Shown here: positions 22,372 to 31,723 of the stretch, piece by piece
Numbering within the stretch: the first letter of the stretch is position 1
How the letters are laid out: every line of letters starts with the position of its first letter
Assembly (NCBI GenBank): GCA_018240025.1
Contig: JAFEGM010000074.1
Location: 11,811 to 43,810 of the forward strand
Direction: 5' to 3'
DNA from: Verrucomicrobiota bacterium
GTDB lineage: Bacteria; Verrucomicrobiota; Verrucomicrobiia; Chthoniobacterales; SZAS-18
Length of the DNA: 32,000 nt
Notes under the pieces: generated by a model
Seen by the model: only the letters and a program-made list of their open reading frames with translations
What the model was told of the DNA's origin: nothing
Database searches by the model: none
Position numbers and translations under genes: made by a program

Positions 22372-25311
22372 TCACTCGCCCGAGAGCGCCTGCTCCATGA
22401 CTGCGGCGAGTTCGTTGCGTTGATAGGGTTTGGCCAGGAGCGCGCAAAATCCGAGACGGAGGTAATCGGAGCGCACCTCGTCGACCATGTAGCCGCTGCT
22501 CACGATGCAGCGCAGCGACGGATCCTCCGAACGCGCCTCCTGCATGACTTCGATGCCGCCGGGGCCGCCGGGCAGGGTGAGGTCGAGCAGTCCAACCTCG
22601 AACGGCTTCCCGGCGGTGCGGGCGTTGCGGAACAGCTCCATCGCCTCGGCCGCGCTGGCCGCCTCCGTGACCTGATGTCCCAATCCCTCGAGCATGCGGC
22701 GCGCGACCACGCGGACGCCCGGCTCGTCATCGAGCACCAATACCTTCGCGCCCGTGCGCACCGCCCGTGGGGGCTGGGCGCGTTCGGCATCGGCCGGGCT
22801 GCGGCGGCCGGCGGAGGGCCACCAGATGCGCACGAGCGTGCCGGCACCCGGCGCATTTTCGCAGACGATGCGGCCATCGTGCTTCTTCACGATGGCATGG
22901 GCCGCGGCCAGCCCGAGCCCGCTGCCGCCGGGCTTGGTGCTGAAGAACGGCTCGAAGACGCGCGGCAGGACGTCGGCCGGGATGCCGGGGCCCGTGTCCT
23001 CCGCCTCGATGCGTACATGGGGCCGCTGACAATCGTCGCTGCCGTGATCCTCCGCCCGGGCGCGTACGCGCAGCCGGCCGCCGCCGGGCATGGCCTGGAC
23101 GGCGTTGAGTACGATGTTGTGCAGCACGCGATGCAGCTGCGCGGGATCGGCTTCGAGATCGGGCAGATCGTCCTCGATCTCCCAATCGGCGCGCACATTG
23201 GAGCCGTGGAGCGCGAAGTTGACGCAATCGCGCAGGATCTCACGCAGGCTCGCGGCCTGCCGCAGCGGATGCCCGCCGCGCGTGAAGGTCATCAGCTGCC
23301 CGGTCAGTTCCCGCGCCCGGCGGCCCGCGAGTTCCGCGTCGTCGAGACGCGCGATGGCGTCCTCCGTCTGTCCCTCCGACAGCGAGGCGAGGGCGAACGA
23401 GACGTTCCCGTTGAGCGCGGTCAGGATGTTGTTGAAATCGTGCGCGATACCGGCCGCAATGACCGCCAGACCGTCGAGCTTGCCCGCGCGGATGAGCTCG
23501 GCCTGCCGCTGGTCCTCCGCGGTCAGGTCGTGGAACACCCGCAGCACCCCCGCCAGGCGGCCGGAGGCGTCGCGCAACGGCAGGGTGCTGCAGGACACGT
23601 GCAAAGCCGGGCCTTCGCGCGGGATTGTCCAGACGTGCCGCGGCGTGTGCAGCGGCTCGCCCGTGCGCAGGACGAGCTCGACGGCATCCGTGCCGACGCC
23701 CTGCGGATAGGGCGGGGAGGGGTCGCCCGGCACGGGATCCCGCACCTCGAAATAGGAGCCGAGCGGCTTCCCGCTCAGGTTCTCGGGCGAGGCGCCGAGC
23801 AGACGCGAGGCGGCCGGATTGGCCAGCACGATGCGGCCGGCGCGATCAGCCGTCAGCACGGCATCCGAGAGCGACTCGAGCACCACGCGCAGCTGCTCTT
23901 TTTCTGCGTCGAGCGCGAGCATCGACTCCTCGCGATCCAGCGCCACCGCGAGGGCGCCGCCCATGGCGCGGAGGTGATCGCGCTCCGCCTCGCTCCAGCG
24001 TCGGACCGCGGTGGTGCATTGATAGGCCAAAGCCCAGCGCAGTTGCCCGCGCACCCGCAACGGTGCCTGCATCGACGAGACGATCCCGGCCGCGCGCATG
24101 ACTTCCTGTTCCTGCCCCCGCACCTGGCTGCGCTGCAGTTCGAGAATCTCGCCCCGTCGGAGCGTCTCGCGCCAGGCCGGCAGGCTGAAGGCCTGCACCG
24201 ACTCCTCGCCGCGGGGGATGCGGGGCTCGACGCCCGGGGCGGCCCATTCCGCCACGATGCGCGGCGGGTGAGTGTGGTCGGGCGGATACTCCAGGAGCAG
24301 CGCGCGCGAGACCCCGGCCGAGCGACCGAGCAGACCGAGGATCTCCGGCAAATGCTCCCGCACGCGCGGTCGGGCCAGCAAGATGCGCTGCACCGCGGCC
24401 TCGGTGGCGAGCAGGCGGTCACGCACCGCCAAGCCGACCTCGAAGGCGCGGCGCGCCGAGACATCGCGCGCGTTGAGCACGATGCCGGCGACGTGTGGGT
24501 CGTCGAGCCGGTTGACCGCCGAGATCTCGATCCAGCGGAGATGCCCTTCGGAGTCGCGGATACGGCATTCCTCCGTGATGACGCCGCCGAACTCCGCCAA
24601 GCCCTCGAGCAGGTCGGCCATGGCCTTACGGTCCTCGCGATGCACCAGCTTGAGCGCATTGCGCCCGACCACCGTTTCGGCCGGCAGCCCGAACTCGTGG
24701 CTCGGCCAGCCGAAGACGTGGCTCGTGCTCTCGCTGGCATAGGTCACGATCCCGGCGCGAGTGATGATGAGAATCGCATCCGACGAATGCTCGACCAGGC
24801 TGCGCAGACGGTGCTCCCCGGCGCGGGCTCGCTCCTCGGCCAGCACGCGGTCGGTCACGTTGACGCCGATCAGGATGACCCCGCCGACGGAAGGATCGTG
24901 CAGCAGGTTCGTACCGTCTGCGTGCATCCACGACCACTCGTCGGTGGCCGCGCGTGCCCAGCGGAAAACGGCGATCTCCGTGCCGCCCGGGGTGGCTGCG
25001 AGCCGTTCGAAGCGTCGCTGCGCCTCGGCCCGGTCCTCCGGATGCACCAGCCCCAGCCAGTGCTCGCCCACGCGCGACCCTGGGTCGTAGCCGAAGATCT
25101 CGGCCGCCCCGCGGCTTTCGGATTTGATGACGAAGTCGGCATCGAGGACGAAAACTGCCGCGACCGACGAGTGCAGCCCGGGCTGCAGCGCAGGCAGAGG
25201 CTCGGCCTGACGCGAAACACTGCCGTCGTAGACGCTGTGCGACATGGGGGGATAGAAGGAAGCGCGATGCGCCAGAACGGGCAAACGGCTCATTGACTGC
25301 AATTTCGACAT
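22372..25311 (-). CDS. Cytoplasmic hybrid sensor histidine kinase (PAS-PAS-GAF-like-PAS-HisKA-HATPase_c-receiver)
   Basis: The H-box is AAGIAHDFNNILTAL. The HATPase motifs are HRVLHNIVLNAVQAM, EDTGPGIP and GGSGLGLAAAHAIV. The C-terminal receiver shows KVLVLDDEPGVR, GLLDLTLPG and LAKPY. Several PAS-like blocks are present (for example LRSLVEHSSDAILIITRAGIVTYASES and LRVVLESLSDAVLTADRAGRIVLANPAA). I saw no TM helix. The start is ambiguous (ATG at 25311, 25293 or 25245; the track uses TTG at 25320). Confidence 0.85.
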   Translation of the reverse strand: MSKLQSMSRLPVLAHRASFYPPMSHSVYDGSVSRQAEPLPALQPGLHSSVAAVFVLDADFVIKSESRGAAEIFGYDPGSRVGEHWLGLVHPEDRAEAQRRFERLAATPGGTEIAVFRWARAATDEWSWMHADGTNLLHDPSVGGVILIGVNVTDRVLAEERARAGEHRLRSLVEHSSDAILIITRAGIVTYASESTSHVFGWPSHEFGLPAETVVGRNALKLVHREDRKAMADLLEGLAEFGGVITEECRIRDSEGHLRWIEISAVNRLDDPHVAGIVLNARDVSARRAFEVGLAVRDRLLATEAAVQRILLARPRVREHLPEILGLLGRSAGVSRALLLEYPPDHTHPPRIVAEWAAPGVEPRIPRGEESVQAFSLPAWRETLRRGEILELQRSQVRGQEQEVMRAAGIVSSMQAPLRVRGQLRWALAYQCTTAVRRWSEAERDHLRAMGGALAVALDREESMLALDAEKEQLRVVLESLSDAVLTADRAGRIVLANPAASRLLGASPENLSGKPLGSYFEVRDPVPGDPSPPYPQGVGTDAVELVLRTGEPLHTPRHVWTIPREGPALHVSCSTLPLRDASGRLAGVLRVFHDLTAEDQRQAELIRAGKLDGLAVIAAGIAHDFNNILTALNGNVSFALASLSEGQTEDAIARLDDAELAGRRARELTGQLMTFTRGGHPLRQAASLREILRDCVNFALHGSNVRADWEIEDDLPDLEADPAQLHRVLHNIVLNAVQAMPGGGRLRVRARAEDHGSDDCQRPHVRIEAEDTGPGIPADVLPRVFEPFFSTKPGGSGLGLAAAHAIVKKHDGRIVCENAPGAGTLVRIWWPSAGRRSPADAERAQPPRAVRTGAKVLVLDDEPGVRVVARRMLEGLGHQVTEAASAAEAMELFRNARTAGKPFEVGLLDLTLPGGPGGIEVMQEARSEDPSLRCIVSSGYMVDEVRSDYLRLGFCALLAKPYQRNELAAVMEQALSGE

Positions 25312-25452
25312 GTCACGCAACCACGGAAATTATGGTGGCTATGAATGCACGAAGTGTGCCAGTCCTTCTGTCGTGCGGCGAGAGCGCCGGCCGGCGGCGG
25401 ATTGAGCGCGATTCCCGCTTGCCTTGAAGCCGATCCTCCGCCAATCGGCCCC

Positions 25453-25848
25453 ATGGCCCGGACGCGTCGTTCCAGCGAAACGGATGAGGAAGAAGACGAA
25501 GCGCAGATCCTGCGCGTCGAGTCGTCCCTGCGTCGGCGCGCATTCCTGAACAGCTTCATCGGGCTGATCGTCTTGATCGCCGCTGCCGCGACCGGCTTCG
25601 CCATCGTGCGTCCGGCCTGGAAAGAGCGTGAGGCCGCCGAGGCGCAACTGGCGGCAGCCAAGGAACTGCTCGCGGCCAAGAAGGCCGAGGCTGCGAGGCT
25701 CGGACGGCAGGTCACGCTGCTCGAAACCGATCCCGAATATCTCGGTCTCTATGCCCGGGAGAAATTCGAAGTGGCCAAAGAAGGCGAGACGGTGATGAAG
25801 CCCGAAGCTACGCCGCCGCCGAATCGCAACGGCGGCAGCGACAAGTAG
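25453..25848 (+). CDS. FtsB/DivIC-like septum formation initiator family protein
   Basis: The likely start is ATG at 25453 (MARTRRSSETDE). It has a single TM helix (FLNSFIGLIVLIAAAATGFAIV) and a coiled coil (EREAAEAQLAAAKELLAAKKAEAARLGRQV). It then shows LETDPEYLGLYAREKFEVAKEGETV, which resembles the conserved C-terminal motif of this family. Confidence 0.6.
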   Translation: MARTRRSSETDEEEDEAQILRVESSLRRRAFLNSFIGLIVLIAAAATGFAIVRPAWKEREAAEAQLAAAKELLAAKKAEAARLGRQVTLLETDPEYLGLYAREKFEVAKEGETVMKPEATPPPNRNGGSDK

Positions 25849-25909
25849 TTCGCGTCCGCGCTTTTTCGGCGGACCCGTCGCCTCGCCCGGCGGCATCTTT
25901 CCCTTTCCC

Positions 25910-27313
<1,404 letters not shown>

Positions 27314-27384
27314 CCGCGCCCCGCGGGTCGGGCGGGAAAACCCGCTTTCCGCGGCTCCATCCCCCGGCATAGTGGGATTTCGCG

Positions 27385-27912
27385 ATGACGCAGGACTGGA
27401 GCATTCAGAGCCGCGGCGACCGCTGCGCGCGGACGCAGAAGCCGTTCGCCGAGGGCGAGGTCTTTTACACGTTGCTGCATCGCGACCGCGGCGAGTTGCG
27501 GCGCGAAGACCTTTGCGTCGAGGCGTTTCAGGCCTTCGCGGCCAGTGCCGAAGCGCAGCCGGATCTGTTTTCGTTCTGGCGGTCCCGCTACGACCCGCCC
27601 GCGCCGGCGCCGGTGGAGACGGTGACGAAGGCCGACGCGGAAACGAGCCTGCGCCGCGTGCTGGCCGAAGGGCCGCCGCCGGAACGCGCTCCGCTGGCAT
27701 ATCTTCTGGCCGCGCTGCTGGAGCGCAAACGCCTCATCAAGCCCGTGGCGGTGCCGCCGGGAGGCGAGTCAGGCGTGCGGGTGCTCGCTTACGAGCACAC
27801 CAAAAGCGGCGAGATCTTCCTGGTTCCCGATGCCGCCCCGAGTTTCGAGGAAATCGGGCGGCTACAGGATGAGCTGGCCGCCATGCTGGGAGGCGGCGCC
27901 GCCGGCACCTAA
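27385..27912 (+). CDS. Hypothetical protein (175 aa)
   Basis: This is an ATG-initiated ORF with G/C-rich third positions and a protein-like composition (MTQDWSIQSRGDRCARTQKPFAEGEVFYTLL...). I did not recognise a family. Confidence 0.5.
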   Translation: MTQDWSIQSRGDRCARTQKPFAEGEVFYTLLHRDRGELRREDLCVEAFQAFAASAEAQPDLFSFWRSRYDPPAPAPVETVTKADAETSLRRVLAEGPPPERAPLAYLLAALLERKRLIKPVAVPPGGESGVRVLAYEHTKSGEIFLVPDAAPSFEEIGRLQDELAAMLGGGAAGT

Positions 27913-27940
27913 CTCCGGCGCTCTGCCCGCCGACGGCCAC

Positions 27941-28687
27941 TCAGCGACGACGGCGGCTCCAAACCAGCGCCCCGAGACCGAGCGAGCTCAGCAGCACGAC
28001 GGTGGACGGCTCGGGAATGGCATCGAACCGGGCCACGGGGCGGAAGAAGAAGCCCAGATCCGCGAAGGTGGCCCGCTCGAAATTGCCGGTGAGAAAGTCG
28101 GTCTCGATGAAAATCGCATTCGGATCCCCGTAGCCGCCGGTGCTGGGGCTGGCGGGCGCAGCGTCGGCGACCACGGCGTTGAGCGAGGCGGCCGAACCGC
28201 TGGAGGCATCGTAGGCGACCGACCAGATGAAGGAATTCGGCAGGGTGATGTTCAGTCCGACCGCCGAGAAGTCGACGTTGAAATAGACGCGGTTGCCGTT
28301 GCCCGCGGGCACGCCGGGGATGTTGACCGGCTGGGTGATGCTGTTGAGGAGAACCCCGGCCGCGGGCGTGCCGCTGCTGGTGTCGACCGCGTAGATGTTC
28401 AGCGTGATCGGCAGGACGAACGGGTTGACCGCCACGCTGCCCCCGGCTCCGCCGGCGAAGATCGCCATCGGCAGGCTCACATTGGTCAGGGTGCGATCCG
28501 TCCCTCCCAGCACCACGTAGTCGCCCAGTTGCTGAGTCGCCACCGCGTTGAAGCTCAGCGAGCCGGGGCCCGACGCCACCACGCCCGAAGGAAGCGCGCC
28601 CACCGCTCCCGTGTTGTCGAAAACCGCTTGGGCGTAGGCCGAAGCAGCGCAGGCACCGAGAGCGAGGAGACAAAGGAACGAGCGCAT
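27941..28687 (-). CDS. PEP-CTERM sorting-domain secreted protein
   Basis: The likely start is ATG at 28687, with the signal peptide MRSFLCLLALGACAASAYAQA. The C-terminus IPEPSTVVLLSSLGLGALVWSRRRR combines a PEP motif, a TM helix and a basic tail, which is the PEP-CTERM exosortase sorting signal. Confidence 0.75.
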   Translation of the reverse strand: MRSFLCLLALGACAASAYAQAVFDNTGAVGALPSGVVASGPGSLSFNAVATQQLGDYVVLGGTDRTLTNVSLPMAIFAGGAGGSVAVNPFVLPITLNIYAVDTSSGTPAAGVLLNSITQPVNIPGVPAGNGNRVYFNVDFSAVGLNITLPNSFIWSVAYDASSGSAASLNAVVADAAPASPSTGGYGDPNAIFIETDFLTGNFERATFADLGFFFRPVARFDAIPEPSTVVLLSSLGLGALVWSRRRR

Positions 28688-28752
28688 GGGCGGGAAAATT
28701 GTGGGAATTCTAGCGGGCCGGCTCAATTGTCAGCAAGAAGAAACACTGCAAA

Positions 28753-29772
28753 TTAGCGAAACTGCCCGAGAAAACGGACGTCGTTCTCGATCAACAGGCG
28801 AATGTCGGGCAATTCGAGGAGAATCATTGCGAGCCGCTCGAGGCCGAAGCCGAAGGCGTAGCCGGTGTACTTCTCCGCGTCGTAGGCCTGATCTCCCCGG
28901 CTGCCGTTGACCCGCTGGAAAACGGCCGGATCGACCATGCCGCAACCGCAGATCTCCAGCCAACGCTCGCCACCGCGGAGCGCGGGCGACTTCAGATCGA
29001 CCTCGAAACTCGGCTCGGTGAAAGGGAAAAAGTGCGGGCGGAAGCGGACGGCCGTCTTCGCCCCGAACAACTCGCGGAAGAAGAACTCCAGCGTGCCCTT
29101 GAGATCGGCCACCGTCACGCCTTCGTCGACCACCAACCCCTCCATCTGATTGAACTGGGCCAGGTGCGTGGCGTCGACTTCGTCGCGCCGATAGGCCGCG
29201 CCGGGGGAAATGACCCGCACGGGCGGCGGCTGCGTCTCCATCGTCCGGATCTGCACGGTGCTGGTGTGCGTGCGCAGCAGGCGGCCGTCCGGCAAGTAGA
29301 AGGTGTCCTGCTCGTTGCGCGCGGGGTGATCCGGCGGCGTGTTGAGGGCGTCGAAGCAGTGGAATTCGTCGTCGACGTCAGGCCCGTCGGCCAGGGCGAA
29401 GCCCATCCGCCGGAAAATCTGCACCGCCCGATCCTGCAGCTGCGTCAGGGGATGCAGCGCGCCCGCCGGCAGCACCGGCGTGCCGGGCAGGGTCACATCG
29501 ACCCCCGCCAAGGCGCCGGCCTCGGCGCGGGCGGCAAACCGTTGCGCCGCGCTCTCGAAGGCCGCCGTGACGGCCGTGCGGACCTCGTTCAGCTTCTTGC
29601 CGGCCGCGGGACGTTCCTCCTTGGCCAGGGACTTCATGCGTTCGCCCAGCTGGGCGAGGGCGCCCTGACGACCGAGGAAACGCACCCGGGCGGTGTCGAG
29701 TTCGAGCGCGGACTGGACGCCGGCGAGGTCGGTCTCGGCTTGGGCGCGGAGTTGATCGAGTTCAGCGAGCAT
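28753..29772 (-). CDS. pheS: Phenylalanyl-tRNA synthetase alpha subunit
   Basis: This is a 339-aa ORF. It shows HPLTQ, DHPARNEQDTFY, LLRTHTSTVQIR, FRPHFFPFTEPS and YAFGFGLERLAM, all classic PheS motifs. Confidence 0.92.
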   Translation of the reverse strand: MLAELDQLRAQAETDLAGVQSALELDTARVRFLGRQGALAQLGERMKSLAKEERPAAGKKLNEVRTAVTAAFESAAQRFAARAEAGALAGVDVTLPGTPVLPAGALHPLTQLQDRAVQIFRRMGFALADGPDVDDEFHCFDALNTPPDHPARNEQDTFYLPDGRLLRTHTSTVQIRTMETQPPPVRVISPGAAYRRDEVDATHLAQFNQMEGLVVDEGVTVADLKGTLEFFFRELFGAKTAVRFRPHFFPFTEPSFEVDLKSPALRGGERWLEICGCGMVDPAVFQRVNGSRGDQAYDAEKYTGYAFGFGLERLAMILLELPDIRLLIENDVRFLGQFR

Positions 29773-29790
29773 GGCGGGGCAACGGGCAGC

Positions 29791-29829
29791 AAAAAAAACG
29801 GGGCGCTGCGATGTGCTCGCCGCGCCCCG
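29791..29829 (-). terminator. Strong intrinsic terminator or attenuator between rplT and pheS
   Basis: The minus strand reads CGGGGCGC-G-GCGA-GCACA-TCGC-A-GCGCCCCG, an 8+4 bp stem, followed by T8. It begins 23 nt after the rplT stop, and its T-tract ends 18 nt before the pheS ATG at 29772. Confidence 0.65.
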
Positions 29830-29852
29830 GGGAAAATCAGTCGGGAAAAACC

Positions 29853-30239
29853 TCAGGCCGCCTTCAGCGTGGCGCCCTGCTTGTTCTTCACCGCGTCGAG
29901 CGCCGTCTGGAAGAGCGCGCTGAACGTGGCCTCGTCCTCGACCGCGAGGGCGGAGAGCATCTTGCGATCCAGCTCCAGGCCGGTCGCCTTCAGACCTTCC
30001 ATGAAGCGGGAATAGGTCAGACCGTGGGTGCGGCAGGCCGCATTGATGCGCGCGATCCAGAGCATGCGGAAGCTGCGCTTGCGATTCTTGCGGTCGCGGT
30101 ACGCCCAGTAGCGGGCCTTGTAGATGGCGTCCTTCGCGTAGCGGAAGAGCTTGGAGCGACGACCGCGGAAGCCACTGGCTTCGTTGATGATCTTCTTGCG
30201 GCGCTTGCGGCTCGCAACGGCGTTGGTGGCGCGGGGCAT
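29853..30239 (-). CDS. rplT: 50S ribosomal protein L20
   Basis: This is a 128-aa ORF. MPRATNAVASRKRRKKIINEASGFRGRRSKLFRYAKDAIYKARYWAYRDRKNRKRSFRMLWIARINAA is unmistakably L20. Confidence 0.93.
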   Translation of the reverse strand: MPRATNAVASRKRRKKIINEASGFRGRRSKLFRYAKDAIYKARYWAYRDRKNRKRSFRMLWIARINAACRTHGLTYSRFMEGLKATGLELDRKMLSALAVEDEATFSALFQTALDAVKNKQGATLKAA

Positions 30240-30273
30240 GGGTAAAAGCGGGTTGGAGTGAAAAGGGGGCCGA

Positions 30274-30486
30274 TCAGCCGAAAGGCAGGCACTCCTTGAT
30301 CTTCTTGATCTCCGTCTTGTCCACGAGGGCCGGGACGGCGAGCTGACGCTTGCGCTTCGAGCTCTTCTTCTGAAGGATGTGACGGCGCATCGCCTGGGTG
30401 CGCTTCACCTTGTTACCGGAACCGGTAATCTTGAAGCGTTTGGCAACGCCCTTCTTCGTCTTGCGGCGGGCTACGGGTTTCGGCAT
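30274..30486 (-). CDS. rpmI: 50S ribosomal protein L35
   Basis: The likely start is ATG at 30486 (MPKPVARRKTKKGVAKRFKITGSGNKVKRTQAMRRHIL), which is L35-like. The track start at 30498 is a GTG 4 codons upstream. Confidence 0.88.
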   Translation of the reverse strand: MPKPVARRKTKKGVAKRFKITGSGNKVKRTQAMRRHILQKKSSKRKRQLAVPALVDKTEIKKIKECLPFG

Positions 30487-30557
30487 AGGGGCGGGCACGA
30501 AAGCACTTTCTCCGCGATGCTCAACTGAATTCGCAGGGAAAAGCGAGGCGTACAGAG

Positions 30558-30843
30558 GGAAGATCGAAACTCGAAACCCGAAACTCGAAGGAAGTTCGAA
30601 GTTCGAAGCTCGAAGAGCCCGCTCGGGCAGGATCCGGGATTTGAGGTCAGAACGGCGCGCAGCTTATGCGTCTCGCAGTCGTCTGGTCCTTGAACTCGCA
30701 GCTCCGATGGGAATGAGGCTTCAGATTTCTTGCTCTCCAAGAACTGGAGACCGCCGTTGCCTCTGGCTGTAATCTCGAGCCAGATCTTCGAGCTTCGAAC
30801 TTCGAACTTCCTTCGAGTGTCGAGCTTCGAGTTTCGAGCTTCC
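30558..30843. repeat. 286-bp inverted-repeat element: 59-bp arms (30558..30616 and 30785..30843) flanking a 168-bp unique core; MITE/REP-like or a long structured RNA
   Basis: I aligned the arms by hand and found 55/59 complementary positions, including a perfect 33-bp core (30584..30616 versus 30785..30817, CTCGAAGGAAGTTCGAAGTTCGAAGCTCGAAGA). Each arm is itself about 7 tandem heptamers of the form GAAnnTC. The right arm starts 1 nt after the TAA stop (30844..30846) of the upstream gene. Confidence 0.85.
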
Positions 30844-31635
30844 TTACGTTTCGAACTCCCGCTTCAGCCGCGCCACGGCCACAGCCTTCCCGTTGGTCGG
30901 GTCGACATCCACCACGGCCCCGCAGAGCCGGATCGGGCCCTGCCGGGCGACCGGCGTCATGGCCGGCATCGAGGTTAGGAAACGCTGCACGATGGGATCG
31001 ATCTCCGACCCGATGATCGACTGCGCGCCGCCGCACATGCCCGCATCGCAGAGAAATGCGGTCCCGCCGGGGAAAATCTGTTCGTCGGCGGTCTGCACGT
31101 GCGTGTGGGTGCCGACCACCGCCGAGACCCGCCCGTCGAGAAAGCGGCCGAGCGCGACCTTCTCGCTGGTGGCCTCGGCGTGCACGTCGACGAAGATGAC
31201 CGGAGTTTGTGCGCGCAGGCGCTCGACCTCGGCTTCGGCGGCGAGAAACGGATTCTCCAGCGCCAGCTTCATGAAGGTGCGGCCCTGGACGTTCAGCACG
31301 CCGACGGGGCCCTTGGCCGTGTCGAGCACGATCGAGCCGCAGCCGGGGGTGCCCGGAGGATAGTTGATCGGCCGGAGCAGGCGCGGCTCGGTCGGGAGGT
31401 AGTTGATGATTTCGCGCTGGTCCCAGATGTGGTCGCCCGTGGTCACGACGGCCACGCCAGCCCGAAGGAGGTCGATGCTCAGCTTCGGCGTGATACCGCG
31501 CCCGTTGGCGGCGTTCTCGCCGTTGGCGATGACGAAATCGGCCCCGAGTTCCTCGCGGAGGGCCGGCAGGTGATCGATGACCGCGCGTCGGCCGGGTTCG
31601 CCCACGATGTCGCCGAGGAAAAGAATGCGGAGCAC
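30844..31635 (-). CDS. YmdB-like metallophosphoesterase (2',3'-cyclic-nucleotide 2'-phosphodiesterase family)
   Basis: The likely start is GTG at 31635 (VLRILFLGDIVGEPGR), matching the family's MRILFIGDVVG-type N-terminus. It also shows ANGENAANGRGIT, TTGDHIWD, DVHAEATSEK and GTHTHVQTADE. The track ORFs starting at 31890 and 31942 extend across the divergent promoter and into the opposite-strand gene. Confidence 0.8.
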   Translation of the reverse strand: MLRILFLGDIVGEPGRRAVIDHLPALREELGADFVIANGENAANGRGITPKLSIDLLRAGVAVVTTGDHIWDQREIINYLPTEPRLLRPINYPPGTPGCGSIVLDTAKGPVGVLNVQGRTFMKLALENPFLAAEAEVERLRAQTPVIFVDVHAEATSEKVALGRFLDGRVSAVVGTHTHVQTADEQIFPGGTAFLCDAGMCGGAQSIIGSEIDPIVQRFLTSMPAMTPVARQGPIRLCGAVVDVDPTNGKAVAVARLKREFET

Positions 31636-31723
31636 GGAAGAATCGGGTGAAGGAGGATCGAAGAAGGCGAAAAGTGATCTCCAGAGCGCATACTCTGCAA
31701 TTCGACTTTGTCGAAAACCGCCC

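Noticed and set aside
19668-25296. 799-aa and 1286-aa plus-strand ORFs spanning the three-gene module and the histidine kinase
   Set aside because: They are very long but Arg/Gly/Ala/Asp/His-rich with no domains. They lie antisense to genes with clear P-loop, HisKA/HATPase and receiver motifs.
30471-30978. Small ORFs (89 aa - and 82 aa +) reading through the inverted-repeat arms and sharing the peptide FELRTSNFLRVS
   Set aside because: The shared peptide is a trivial consequence of the inverted symmetry of the arms. There is no codon-bias signal, and the ORFs overlap rpmI or the metallophosphoesterase 3' end.
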